From the NCBI RefSeq assembly GCF_043950625.1, contig NZ_CP171007.1: 32,000 nt of DNA. One strand, written 5' to 3'. The translations under genes and the position numbers were made by a program. This DNA is from Alkanindiges sp. WGS2144 (GTDB lineage Bacteria > Pseudomonadota > Gammaproteobacteria > Pseudomonadales > Moraxellaceae). Below the pieces are notes generated by a model. That model saw only the letters and a program-made list of their open reading frames with translations. It searched no databases and was not told where the DNA came from. This document shows positions 8,919 to 17,781 of the stretch, one piece after another. Position 1 is the first letter of the stretch; every line of letters begins with the position of its first letter.

Positions 8919-8972
8919 GCAAAAACTTTTATACTTGGCCGGTGATTACTCATAAAACAAGGCAGTGCTGTG

Positions 8973-9356
8973 ATGAACCCTATTTTACTGGTAGCAATTG
9001 GTGGTGCTTTGGGGTCTTTAGCGCGTTATGGCTTGTCCACCCTGGTGGTCAGGCAGGTTCAACCGGTGCATTTTCCCTGGGGAACATTTACCGTCAATGT
9101 ACTGGGCTGCATGCTGGCAGGTGTGTTTTTGCTGATAGCTGAGCAAATTAGTTCGATCAGTTATGAAGCCCGCTTATTTGTAGTGACGGGTTTACTGGGT
9201 GGCTTTACCACATTTTCTGCCTTTGGGATTGAAACCTTGAGCTTGTTGCGCCGGGGAGAATTGCTCATTGCCCTAAGCTATGCTAGCTTGAGTGTGATTG
9301 TTGGTGTTGCGGCCATGTGGTTGACTTATAGCACGATTAAAATAATATTAAATTAA
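8973..9356 (+). CDS. crcB: Fluoride ion channel CrcB/Fluc
   Basis: ~127 aa with four hydrophobic segments. Motifs GGALGSLARY, GTFTVNVLGC and GGFTTFSAF are characteristic of CrcB. Start is ATG 8973 (a GTG at 8970 is also possible). Confidence 0.9.
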   Translation: MNPILLVAIGGALGSLARYGLSTLVVRQVQPVHFPWGTFTVNVLGCMLAGVFLLIAEQISSISYEARLFVVTGLLGGFTTFSAFGIETLSLLRRGELLIALSYASLSVIVGVAAMWLTYSTIKIILN

Positions 9357-9471
9357 GTATTTACAAATATATCAATTAGTTGAGTGTCTGTGGAAGGCTA
9401 TGATTAGTCACGCAGGCGCCAGCGCCCTACAGCATTGGAGGCTAATATTTCTAACAAAATGCGGCAAGGCT

Positions 9472-9663
9472 TTAATTTTCTTCATCACCGCGGGTAACAA
9501 AGGTTTGAGCCGGATCAATGCCCTGATCCTTTAAGTCCTGCACTTTTTCTTCCAGAGTACGAAACTGCTGTGCTTCGCGTAGTTTACGAATATCTTCATC
9601 AACACTGTGCCGTAATTGTTCCAGAGATTGCTGCTTAGAAGAAGATGATTTACTGTGGGTCAT
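9472..9663 (-). CDS. Small hydrophilic hypothetical protein (63 aa, predicted helical, highly charged)
   Basis: ATG at 9663 is preceded by GGAG 9 nt upstream on the minus strand. The gene starts 35 nt downstream of the ABC1 kinase gene on the same strand. No recognisable motif, so coding status rests on the ORF, the SD and the position. Confidence 0.45.
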   Translation of the reverse strand: MTHSKSSSSKQQSLEQLRHSVDEDIRKLREAQQFRTLEEKVQDLKDQGIDPAQTFVTRGDEEN

Positions 9664-9698
9664 GGCTGGTTGCTCCAAAAATAAATATGGTCAAAGTA

Positions 9699-11012
9699 TC
9701 AGTTGGGCGATGTAGTACTTTGCAGTGGCACAATTTCTTCCAATGATGGCCTAAAGTTATCTTTTACTTTAAGGTTAATCATATTCCAGTATTGTCCTGA
9801 AATTGTACGGTTCAACATCATGGTTTCAGCAGAAGGCTGAAAACAATCCCAGTATTTTAATGATTTTTTGGCCAGCGCCACTGCCTCATGATGCGCAGTG
9901 TTTTGAGCAAAGTCATACTCTCCGTTGAGTGGACGGGTCAGGATATCAATCCACTGCTGATAAAATTCTGCTGGAATCTGACCATTGTGATTGCGGATAT
10001 GCAACTTGCGTAACTCCTGTTCCAGCGTAGGGATATCACTGGCAAAAGCTGCCTTGACCAGCTGTTTGCAGGTTGCAACAATCTCAGGGCGTAAGGTTTT
10101 GGTACTGCCATAATCATACACCACCACAGCGCCATCCGGTCTAAAGGCAAAATTGCCCGGATGCGGGTCGGTGTGAAAACTATGCAAATAAAAAATTTCC
10201 TGACTGATCAGGCGAAACAGGCGTTGCCCTAGCTCATTGCGTAACTCCTGCGTCCAGGTGGCTGCTGTTTCAACTGGCTCGCCTAGTTCTTCACTTAAGG
10301 TAAGCACTCGCCGGGTAGAGTACTCAGGGTAAACCTTTGGGATAATGACCTTGCTGTCCAGCGGCTGATGAAAAGTTGCAAATACCTGTAAATTATGTGC
10401 CTCAATCTGATAGTTCAATTCAGCGGTCAGGCTATCCTGCATTTCGTTAAACAGCTGGTCTTGTAGTTTTTTATCAATTTTGAATACACCAGCCAGTCGC
10501 AGCGCTAGCCGAACCTGTTTTAAATCACTTTCACAGGCTTCATCCACACCCGGATATTGTACCTTGACCACCACCCGCTCACCAGTTGGTAAAATAGCAC
10601 GGTGTACCTGACCAATAGAGGCGGCGGCAAACGGTTCAGTTTCAATGGAGGCAAAAATCTGCTCAAGCGGTTTGCCCATTTCCCGTTCAATTTGATACTG
10701 AATGGTGCTAAAAGGTACGGCTGGCGCCTGACGTTGCAACTTGGCAATGGCATTAGCAACCTCTGGTGGGAAAATATCCTTGTATTGGGAAGCAATTTGC
10801 CCCACTTTCATCACCGCGCCTTTCATCTCGCCCAGGGTTTCGGCAATTTTTACGCCAATATCCTCATATAGTTTGCTTTTGGCTGCCAGTTTTTCTTCTT
10901 CATTGGCGTTAATGGATTTGATGGAGTTGCTCACAGCGCGACCTGCAATACTTGCTGTCATCCCGGCCAGTTTCATAAAACGGCGCCCTGGTGTACTGAT
11001 TTTTTCAGCCAC
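9699..11012 (-). CDS. ABC1/AarF/UbiB-family atypical protein kinase
   Basis: AASIGQVHRA, VVKVQYPGV, the DPHPGNF catalytic-loop equivalent and a ~437-aa length fit the ABC1 family. GTG start at 11012 with AAGGG upstream. It lacks the C-terminal TM helices of canonical UbiB, so I give no symbol. Confidence 0.85.
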   Translation of the reverse strand: MAEKISTPGRRFMKLAGMTASIAGRAVSNSIKSINANEEEKLAAKSKLYEDIGVKIAETLGEMKGAVMKVGQIASQYKDIFPPEVANAIAKLQRQAPAVPFSTIQYQIEREMGKPLEQIFASIETEPFAAASIGQVHRAILPTGERVVVKVQYPGVDEACESDLKQVRLALRLAGVFKIDKKLQDQLFNEMQDSLTAELNYQIEAHNLQVFATFHQPLDSKVIIPKVYPEYSTRRVLTLSEELGEPVETAATWTQELRNELGQRLFRLISQEIFYLHSFHTDPHPGNFAFRPDGAVVVYDYGSTKTLRPEIVATCKQLVKAAFASDIPTLEQELRKLHIRNHNGQIPAEFYQQWIDILTRPLNGEYDFAQNTAHHEAVALAKKSLKYWDCFQPSAETMMLNRTISGQYWNMINLKVKDNFRPSLEEIVPLQSTTSPN

Positions 11013-11137
11013 AACACAACCCTTATTTGCTTAAAAGAAGCCTAGTGTGGCACGCAGTGTCATGACTGCCAAGAGATAAAAAACAGGGTTTTTGTTCACC
11101 ATCGTATGGCGTTGTAGTAAAGCTTTAGGGCTAGGGC

Positions 11138-12508
11138 TTAAACATTGGCAAACAACAGTTTTTGCCGGTGTTTCAGCCTAAAGCTGAGTAAGACCGCAGC
11201 AATGGTTAAGCCAATCACCAGCCCGCTCCAGAAGCCAGCGGCACCGTACGGTAATACGCGTGAAAATATAACACCCAGTGGCAGAGCAATACCCCAATAC
11301 GATAGCAAGGTAATCCACATAGGTCCCTGAGTGTCCTGCATACCGCGCAAGCAGCCTGCTGCTGCCACCTGCCAGGCATCTGATAGCTGGTAAAGCAGGG
11401 CAAACAGCAGTAAGCCAGTAGCAGTGACTTGCACCTGAAGGTCGGTCGTATAAAACGCAGTAATTTGCTCGCGTAATAAGCCAATAATCAGCATGGTACA
11501 GGCTGCACTGACCACTGCAAATATAAAACCCATACGCTGGATATGCTGCATAATGCGCCAGTTCTGCTCACCGTATAATTGCCCTATCCGGATCGTCAGT
11601 GCCATGCCCAGTGATAATGGAATCATAAAAAATACCGAGGTAACCGATAGGGCAATCTGATGGGCAGACACCACAATTTCGCCCAGTGGACTTAATATGA
11701 CAGCGGCAATGCTAAACAGGCTCACTTCAAAAAAAATAGCCATACCAATGGGTGCGCCCAGGGCAAAAATCCGCTTGACCATGGCTTTGTTGAAGCGGCT
11801 AAATTGCTGAAAAATTTTAAAGGGCTGATAGGTTTTAGACAGACTTAAATAAATAGCCAGCGCAATTAGCATGAGCCACTGAACCGTTGCGGTGGCAATA
11901 CCACAGCCAGCACCGCCCAGTTTTGGCAAGCCAAACAGGCCATTCATAAACACATAGTTGAGTGGAATAATACCGAGCAAACCCAGAATACTGATCACGG
12001 TTACCGGACGTGGATGACCCAAAGCCTCTGTGTAGCCGCGCAAGGTTGCATATAAGGTTACGGCCGGCATGCCAAAGGCAATATAATGTAAAAAGAAGCC
12101 GGTTTTGGCCTGTAGATGCACTGGAATACCTAGCCAGTTAAAGGTGAGTGGTGCCAGCTGCAGCAGCACACAGCCTGCGAGCCCCAATGCCAAAGCCAGA
12201 TAAAGCGCCTGCTGGGTGATCCATGGGATATTGCTGTACTGCCCGGCACCTTTGGCTTCTGCTACCAGTGGGGTCGTGGCAATCATCACGCCAGCCATAA
12301 ATAGCACTGTGGGTAGCCATAGACCCACACCCACAGCAACTACGGCCAGATCGGTGGGGGACAGACGGCCAGCCATAATGGTATCAATTAAACCAAAGCC
12401 CGCCTGTGCGACCTGCGTAATTAAAATAGGCCACATCAGGTTAAATAAAATTCGGGTTTCTTTTTTGCGTTCAGCGCGCGACCACACAGTATTTTGCCTG
12501 TATTGCAT
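11138..12508 (-). CDS. MATE-family multidrug efflux transporter (NorM/AbeM-like)
   Basis: ~456 aa with about 12 hydrophobic segments. The N-terminal LMWPILITQVAQAGFGLIDTIMAGRL is typical of NorM-type MATE pumps. Start taken at ATG 12508. Confidence 0.85.
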   Translation of the reverse strand: MQYRQNTVWSRAERKKETRILFNLMWPILITQVAQAGFGLIDTIMAGRLSPTDLAVVAVGVGLWLPTVLFMAGVMIATTPLVAEAKGAGQYSNIPWITQQALYLALALGLAGCVLLQLAPLTFNWLGIPVHLQAKTGFFLHYIAFGMPAVTLYATLRGYTEALGHPRPVTVISILGLLGIIPLNYVFMNGLFGLPKLGGAGCGIATATVQWLMLIALAIYLSLSKTYQPFKIFQQFSRFNKAMVKRIFALGAPIGMAIFFEVSLFSIAAVILSPLGEIVVSAHQIALSVTSVFFMIPLSLGMALTIRIGQLYGEQNWRIMQHIQRMGFIFAVVSAACTMLIIGLLREQITAFYTTDLQVQVTATGLLLFALLYQLSDAWQVAAAGCLRGMQDTQGPMWITLLSYWGIALPLGVIFSRVLPYGAAGFWSGLVIGLTIAAVLLSFRLKHRQKLLFANV

Positions 12509-12583
12509 CAAAGCGCTATTGTATCTGCTCTACCTGCAAATAAGCTAAAAACCATCAGGCAACGCCATATAAAAATGCGACAT

Positions 12584-12628
12584 AAAAAAGCCTGCTGTAG
12601 CGCAACATTCCAGTGCATCACAGCAGGC
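12584..12628 (-). terminator. Rho-independent terminator of the lipoprotein gene
   Basis: gcctgctgt (12590-12598) and acagcaggc (12620-12628) form a 9-bp perfect stem. On the minus strand it is followed by a U-run (plus-strand A-run 12584-12589). It lies 60 nt downstream of the stop at 12688. Confidence 0.75.
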
Positions 12629-12687
12629 GGGGCACAGCTTAACTGGTGTGCAAGTCAGCTTGAATCATCAGCTCATGCCGGGCAGGA

Positions 12688-13521
12688 TTAAAAGGTCATT
12701 TTTTCCTGCTTAAAGGCCACGGGCTGATTATTCTTGTCAAACATTTGTACCACCACAATATATTCCTTGCCGCTTTCTACCGCACTGGCCGGAATAGCAG
12801 TGGTGAGTAAGCGCAAGTCATCGGCAACCTGTTGGTAAATAATGCCATTGGCATTGCTGTTACCCATAGCGTCTTCATTAATGATATTGACCAGCAGGGT
12901 TCTGGCATCTGAGGGTGCATCTTTCCAGCTAATGATCAGCCCGGCATTGCCAATGTCAAATTTGTCCGGAAATACCGTATTGGCCGGATACAAGGTCAGG
13001 CTGCCTTTACGTGCTAGGGTAAAGGTTTGATCGCTCGTTCCGTCGCAGTCTTTAATGGTGCGCTCATCATTTTTATCGTTACCACCAATGGTATATTTGC
13101 CGGTATAGCGATCTTGGGCACGTGAGTAGCTGGTGTCAAAGCTGACGGAAATCTTGCGCTTATCATTAATGCTGGACTCAGAATCCAGATCACCTTCTGC
13201 ATTACCGGTAATATGATTGGTTGCTTTTGTGCCTTTTATTTCAAGGCTATTCATTCCACCGCTCTGGCAGGCAAAGTAGCGAAATGACATGCGACCTTTG
13301 ATTTTTCCAGTGCCATTTGGTGCATCAACGTAAATACCGCCGACGGTAGGATCGGGGTCGTCAACATCCATACTTTCAGCATAAAAGCCAAACAAATGAC
13401 CACCCGGCTGATTATCTACCGCCGGGCCATAATCATCACTACTGCTACCACCACAGCCTGCTAGCATTAGTGCGGCTGCCAATCCGCTGATTAAACCTGT
13501 TGTTCTTGCTACTTTGATCAT
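12688..13521 (-). CDS. Lipoprotein of unknown function (277 aa)
   Basis: N-terminus MIKVARTTGLISGLAAALMLAGCGGSSSDD carries the lipobox LAGC followed by a G/S linker. The mature part is predicted beta-rich and carries no motif I recognise. Confidence 0.7.
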   Translation of the reverse strand: MIKVARTTGLISGLAAALMLAGCGGSSSDDYGPAVDNQPGGHLFGFYAESMDVDDPDPTVGGIYVDAPNGTGKIKGRMSFRYFACQSGGMNSLEIKGTKATNHITGNAEGDLDSESSINDKRKISVSFDTSYSRAQDRYTGKYTIGGNDKNDERTIKDCDGTSDQTFTLARKGSLTLYPANTVFPDKFDIGNAGLIISWKDAPSDARTLLVNIINEDAMGNSNANGIIYQQVADDLRLLTTAIPASAVESGKEYIVVVQMFDKNNQPVAFKQEKMTF

Positions 13522-13641
13522 TGCTGCTGTCTCTGTTTGGAAAACCTAAACCCGAGTCTAGTGAGCACTTAAACAAGAAAAGGTAAATTTTTAAAGCAGC
13601 TTGGTTACCAGCGCAGTATTTTGGTTGCTAAAGAATAAAAA

Positions 13642-14097
13642 CTAATATTTAACTGTTAACACCAAGCCAGTCATGACCATCACAACGCCACAGACCCGTT
13701 GCCAGTTGATTGGATGTTTACTAAAACCCAGCCAGCCAAAATGATCCAGTATCATGGCCGCCAGTAGTTGACCAAACACAATCACAATGGTTAAGTTGAC
13801 TGCGCCCAGTCTGGGCGCCAGTATAATAGAAACACTTACTCCAAAAGCCCCTAGCAGTCCGCCAATCCACAGCCACAAGGGGATATTTAAAATATCCTGT
13901 AGTTGTGGGCGTGAATCCTGCTGCACGATAGCCACCATGGCCAAAATTACTGTGCCTACCAAAAAAGAAAAAAAAGCGGCCTGATAAGGAGAGTGTAAGT
14001 ACTGCCTAAGCTGTGAGTTTACCCCTGCCTGTGAAGCCAGTGCTACGCCGCCAGCCAGTCCGAGCATCAGTAATGTGCTTAATTCGAGTCCCTTCAT
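13642..14097 (-). CDS. DMT-superfamily membrane protein, DUF606/YdcZ-like
   Basis: ~151 aa with 4-5 hydrophobic helices. LAGGVALASQAGVNSQLRQ resembles the DUF606 N-terminal motif. Start taken at ATG 14097, 11 nt after the EVE gene stop. The longer ORF start at 14145 would overlap the EVE gene. Confidence 0.7.
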   Translation of the reverse strand: MKGLELSTLLMLGLAGGVALASQAGVNSQLRQYLHSPYQAAFFSFLVGTVILAMVAIVQQDSRPQLQDILNIPLWLWIGGLLGAFGVSVSIILAPRLGAVNLTIVIVFGQLLAAMILDHFGWLGFSKHPINWQRVCGVVMVMTGLVLTVKY

Positions 14098-14108
14098 ATG
14101 CTGACCTG

Positions 14109-14567
14109 CTATACAATAGGTTTGTGCCTTAAAATGGCCTGCCACTGTTGTTCGGTGACAGGCATGACAGACAGGCGGCTGCCCCGTTGCAGCAATGCTA
14201 AGTTTTCCAGCTCAGCAATTTCCCGCAAAGTGGACAAGGGCAAAATAGCTGGCCATTTTTCATCAAACCTTACATCCACGCCAGTCCAGCGTGGCTTATC
14301 CAGAGTAGACTTTGGATCATAATAGCGGTGCTCAGGATTAAACTGGGTAGGATCGGGATAGCCTCCCTGAACAATCGTCATTTCCCCAACGATACCCGGC
14401 ACCTTGCAATTGGAGTGATAAAAAAATGCCTGATCGCCTGCCTGCATTTGCCGTAAAAAATTACGTGCCTGATAATTACGTACCCCATCCCATAATGCGG
14501 TGCCCAGTTGTTGCAGGTGATCGATACCAAAACCTGCCGGTTCAGATTTCATTAGCCAATAGGCCAC
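14109..14567 (-). CDS. EVE (PUA-like) domain protein
   Basis: (M)AYWLMKSEP..., WDGVRNYQARNFLRQMQAGDQAFFYHSN and the ~150-aa size fit stand-alone EVE proteins. GTG start at 14567 is preceded by AGGAG (minus strand, 14578-14574) with a 6-nt spacer. Confidence 0.85.
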   Translation of the reverse strand: MAYWLMKSEPAGFGIDHLQQLGTALWDGVRNYQARNFLRQMQAGDQAFFYHSNCKVPGIVGEMTIVQGGYPDPTQFNPEHRYYDPKSTLDKPRWTGVDVRFDEKWPAILPLSTLREIAELENLALLQRGSRLSVMPVTEQQWQAILRHKPIV

Positions 14568-14568
14568 T

Positions 14569-15846
14569 TTGAGACTCCTAACATTGACCACGCCCCTGAT
14601 TCAAACCGCCGATATCCCGCTGGCTTTATATATTCATATGCCGTGGTGTATCAAAAAATGCCCATATTGTGATTTTAATTCACACACCCTGCCTGGACAG
14701 CAAGCGGTTAGCTCCCTGCTGCAACAGGCTGCAAACCATCCCTCAATACTGCCTGGGAATCAGCCACAAGAGCAATTATTTCAAGGGGCTACAGCAGATA
14801 GTGCATTGTCGCCACAGCTTGAGCAAGCATATTTACACGCCTTGATAAAAGATGCAGCACAACAGCAACCATTGGCACAGGGCAGATGCATTAGCAGTGT
14901 GTTTATTGGTGGCGGTACACCTTCTTTAATCTCGGCCAGCGGCTATCGCTGGTTGTTTAAGGTGCTAAAGGAGCTCTTTGAGTTTAGTGCTGACTGTGAA
15001 ATTACCCTGGAGGCAAACCCTGGTACGCTAGAGCATCAGCCCTTCGCTGATTATCTGGAAGCGGGCATTAACCGCTTGTCCTTAGGTGTACAAACCTTTG
15101 ATAGCGCACAATTGCAGCACCTGGGGCGCATCCATAGTCACCATGATGCCGTGCAGGCTATTCAACTGGCACGGCAAGCGGGTTTTGAGCGCTTAAATGT
15201 TGATTTGATGCACGGCCTCCCCGGGCAAACCCCCACGGAAGCGTTATTTGACTTGACCACAGCCATGGCGCAGGGAGCTACTCATATTTCGTGGTATCAG
15301 CTCACCATTGAGCCCAATACAGTATTTTTTAGAACCCAGCCACTATTGCCTGAAGATGATATTCTGGCCGATATCCAGCAGGCTGGCGAACAAATCCTGC
15401 AGGCTAATGGTTTTAGGCAGTACGAAGTTTCCGCCTGGGCAGCTGAACAGCCCTGTCGCCATAATGTAAATTACTGGCAGTTTGGTGATTACCTGGCGAT
15501 TGGTGCTGGAGCGCACGGCAAGCTTAGTCAGCCAGAGGGTATTTATCGTTTTCAAAAAACTCGATTGCCCAAAGATTATCTGGCACAGCAGCCTGCCAGT
15601 ATGTTGGGCTGGCAAAAAATTAGCGCCGATGATTTACCTTTTGAGTTTATGATGAATGCCTTAAGGTTAAAAGAAGGCGTGCCTAGCAGCTTTTATCATG
15701 TCCGGACAGGCTTATCCATAGAGAGTATACAGCCTGTAATCAGCCAGCTTAGACAGCAGGGTCTGCTGGTCGCGGATGAACAGCGCCTACAATGCACAGC
15801 GCAGGGCTTTAACTATTTAAATGATGTGCTGTCCCGCTTTGCTTGA
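14569..15846 (+). CDS. hemW: Radical SAM heme chaperone HemW (oxygen-independent coproporphyrinogen III oxidase-like)
   Basis: PLALYIHMPWCIKKCPYCDF (CxxxCxxC radical-SAM cluster), VFIGGGTPS, and RLSLGVQTF. No ATG lies upstream of the conserved N-terminus, and the frame only opens at 14563. The start must therefore be TTG 14569, TTG 14584 or CTG 14596. Confidence 0.85.
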   Translation: MRLLTLTTPLIQTADIPLALYIHMPWCIKKCPYCDFNSHTLPGQQAVSSLLQQAANHPSILPGNQPQEQLFQGATADSALSPQLEQAYLHALIKDAAQQQPLAQGRCISSVFIGGGTPSLISASGYRWLFKVLKELFEFSADCEITLEANPGTLEHQPFADYLEAGINRLSLGVQTFDSAQLQHLGRIHSHHDAVQAIQLARQAGFERLNVDLMHGLPGQTPTEALFDLTTAMAQGATHISWYQLTIEPNTVFFRTQPLLPEDDILADIQQAGEQILQANGFRQYEVSAWAAEQPCRHNVNYWQFGDYLAIGAGAHGKLSQPEGIYRFQKTRLPKDYLAQQPASMLGWQKISADDLPFEFMMNALRLKEGVPSSFYHVRTGLSIESIQPVISQLRQQGLLVADEQRLQCTAQGFNYLNDVLSRFA

Positions 15847-15919
15847 GGCATCAGCCTGGGCTGGCAAAGTATTGTGGTACGACCCTGCCAGCTTAAGGTC
15901 ATGACTTACTAAAAATGAA

Positions 15920-17008
15920 CTAAACAATAGGCGGTTCTTCAAATAGCTGTTCCTGTTCCGGCTCAGTAAGTTTCTGATGCAACCATTCACGCCAGACTGC
16001 CAATAAAATAGCCAAAATGACCGGGCCAATAAATATACCTACCATGCCAAAGCTGGCCAGTCCCCCAAGTACTCCAAACATAATCAGCAAGAATGGAATC
16101 TTGGTGGCACCGGAAATCACTAGCGGGCGGATAATATTATCAATCCAGCTCACCACGCATAAACCCCACAGTGCAAGACCTGCTGCCTCCCATGTCTGCC
16201 CCTGAGACAGCAGCCAGATACTCACACCGCCCCAGGCAAATGGAGTGCCAAATGGAATGAGAGCCAGTAAAAACGTTGCAAAGGTTAGCATCATGGGGTT
16301 GGGAGCGCCCGCCACCCAATAACCAATCCCGGCTAGCAGCGCCTGTGCCAGAGCAGTCAAACCCACACCATAAACTACTGCACGGGTCGTTTCACCAATT
16401 GCCAACAAATAGCTATGCACCCGATAACCAATCACCTTGTCAAGCGCAGTGCGTACCTGATCTAAAATAAAATTACCATCACGGTAGAAGAAAAACAGGG
16501 TTAAAATGGCTAGCGTGAGCTTGAAGATATTGCGGCTGATTTCACCCAGCACAATTTTACCGTAACCGATATGTCCCTGTACCCAGTGGCGGATCGTACT
16601 GGCCAGATCATAGGGATGTGCATTAAGTTGAGCCACAAATTTATTGAGTTCTGGCCCAATAATCGGCACACTTTTTATAACATCAGGCAGTACAATGCCT
16701 CCTGAAAAAATCTGATGTTGTAGATTAATGTATAAGTCCCGTCCTTCGTGCTGCAACAAGAAAATAGCCATAATAAAAGGCACACCAATGACAATACTCA
16801 GGAGGATAGTCATTACCAGGGCACTTAAATTATGCCGGTGACCAAAACTGCGTAAAATCGCCTGATAAATTGGCCAGGTGATATAAGCCAGAATGGCAGC
16901 CCATACTACTGGTACAATAAAAAACTTAAGTACCTGAAAACTAAGTAATATTAGCCCAATAAACAGGCTTAATAGCATAAGGCGTTGAATTGCAGAAGTG
17001 TCTTGCAC
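15920..17008 (-). CDS. AI-2E family transporter (PerM/YdiK-like permease)
   Basis: 362 aa with ~8 hydrophobic helices. The organisation and C-terminal segment (FGVLGGLASFGMVGIFIGPVILAI) are typical of the AI-2E/UPF0118 family. GTG 17008 has AGGAA 5 nt upstream. Confidence 0.8.
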   Translation of the reverse strand: MQDTSAIQRLMLLSLFIGLILLSFQVLKFFIVPVVWAAILAYITWPIYQAILRSFGHRHNLSALVMTILLSIVIGVPFIMAIFLLQHEGRDLYINLQHQIFSGGIVLPDVIKSVPIIGPELNKFVAQLNAHPYDLASTIRHWVQGHIGYGKIVLGEISRNIFKLTLAILTLFFFYRDGNFILDQVRTALDKVIGYRVHSYLLAIGETTRAVVYGVGLTALAQALLAGIGYWVAGAPNPMMLTFATFLLALIPFGTPFAWGGVSIWLLSQGQTWEAAGLALWGLCVVSWIDNIIRPLVISGATKIPFLLIMFGVLGGLASFGMVGIFIGPVILAILLAVWREWLHQKLTEPEQEQLFEEPPIV

Positions 17009-17215
17009 ATCAATTCCTGGTATAGATATTTTGATTCTATGTTAAACAAACTTGAATCTGGTACAAGCAGCAAAGTGAAAAAAATGTACCTGCCGGGTTC
17101 AATACATCAGTATTTTGTTACACGCGCTATCCATACCTTCATTTTTTTAACTTGCTTTCATGTTTTAGTGATGAAGTAAAGTTTAATAGCCACCTTCATT
17201 TTACAGGGTAATCAT

Positions 17216-17755
17216 GTGTACAGATGTTTAATGCTAGCCAGCTTGCTTGCGGTAAGCAGTATAAGCTTTGCGAGTATGCCTGATTCAAATATTGCCAAAG
17301 GATTACCGCCAGCCAAAAACCAGCATATCAAGGTGCTGGAGCAGTTCTCAGGTGAATTCCGGATTCTGGGGCGCAAAGACTATAGTAATGACCGTGAGGC
17401 ACAATTTTCTCCGGTTGATTTTGCAGTCAGTGAGGGAATATTGGCGAGCAAATATTATTACCCTTTAATTGGTGTTAAGCAGGATAACCGTTACCTGACC
17501 TGGCGTATGAGTACACTGCCAGTATCGCCCAAGAAAGCCATAGAACTGGTATCCAATATTCATATTATTCCCGCGAATCCTGCAATTGCAGCCAGACTAA
17601 AACAGGTTAAGCAGGGTGATCTGGTACAGCTTCAGGGTGATCTGGTAGAAGTAGGCAATAATGACTGGACATGGCGCAGTTCATTATCCCGTAATGACGT
17701 TGGTGATGGTGCCTGCGAGTTGTTGCGTGTGCAATCAGTCAAATGGATTGATTAA
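17216..17755 (+). CDS. Secreted hypothetical protein (179 aa)
   Basis: N-terminal signal-like sequence MYRCLMLASLLAVSSISFA. No recognised domain. GTG start at 17216 (alternative ATG 17231). Confidence 0.55.
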   Translation: MYRCLMLASLLAVSSISFASMPDSNIAKGLPPAKNQHIKVLEQFSGEFRILGRKDYSNDREAQFSPVDFAVSEGILASKYYYPLIGVKQDNRYLTWRMSTLPVSPKKAIELVSNIHIIPANPAIAARLKQVKQGDLVQLQGDLVEVGNNDWTWRSSLSRNDVGDGACELLRVQSVKWID

Positions 17756-17781
17756 TGAAGTTGCCTGAAAAATATCCTTTT

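Noticed and set aside
8882-8972. A possible fluoride (crcB-motif) riboswitch in the 91-nt leader of crcB.
   Set aside because: I looked for the conserved elements: a GGCGAUG...CGCC P1 stem, AAAC-GCC, and CUAAUGA..CCUAC with a pseudoknot. Only a vague resemblance exists (gctgtgatgaaccctat), and that stretch overlaps the start codon. No P1 stem or pseudoknot pairing can be drawn. A cmscan with RF01734 would settle it.
14668-14684. A second CRP-like sequence, TGTGA-ttttaat-TCACA.
   Set aside because: The spacer is 7 nt rather than 6. The sequence lies inside hemW, where it encodes the invariant CPYCDFNSH motif, so it is explained by the coding constraint.
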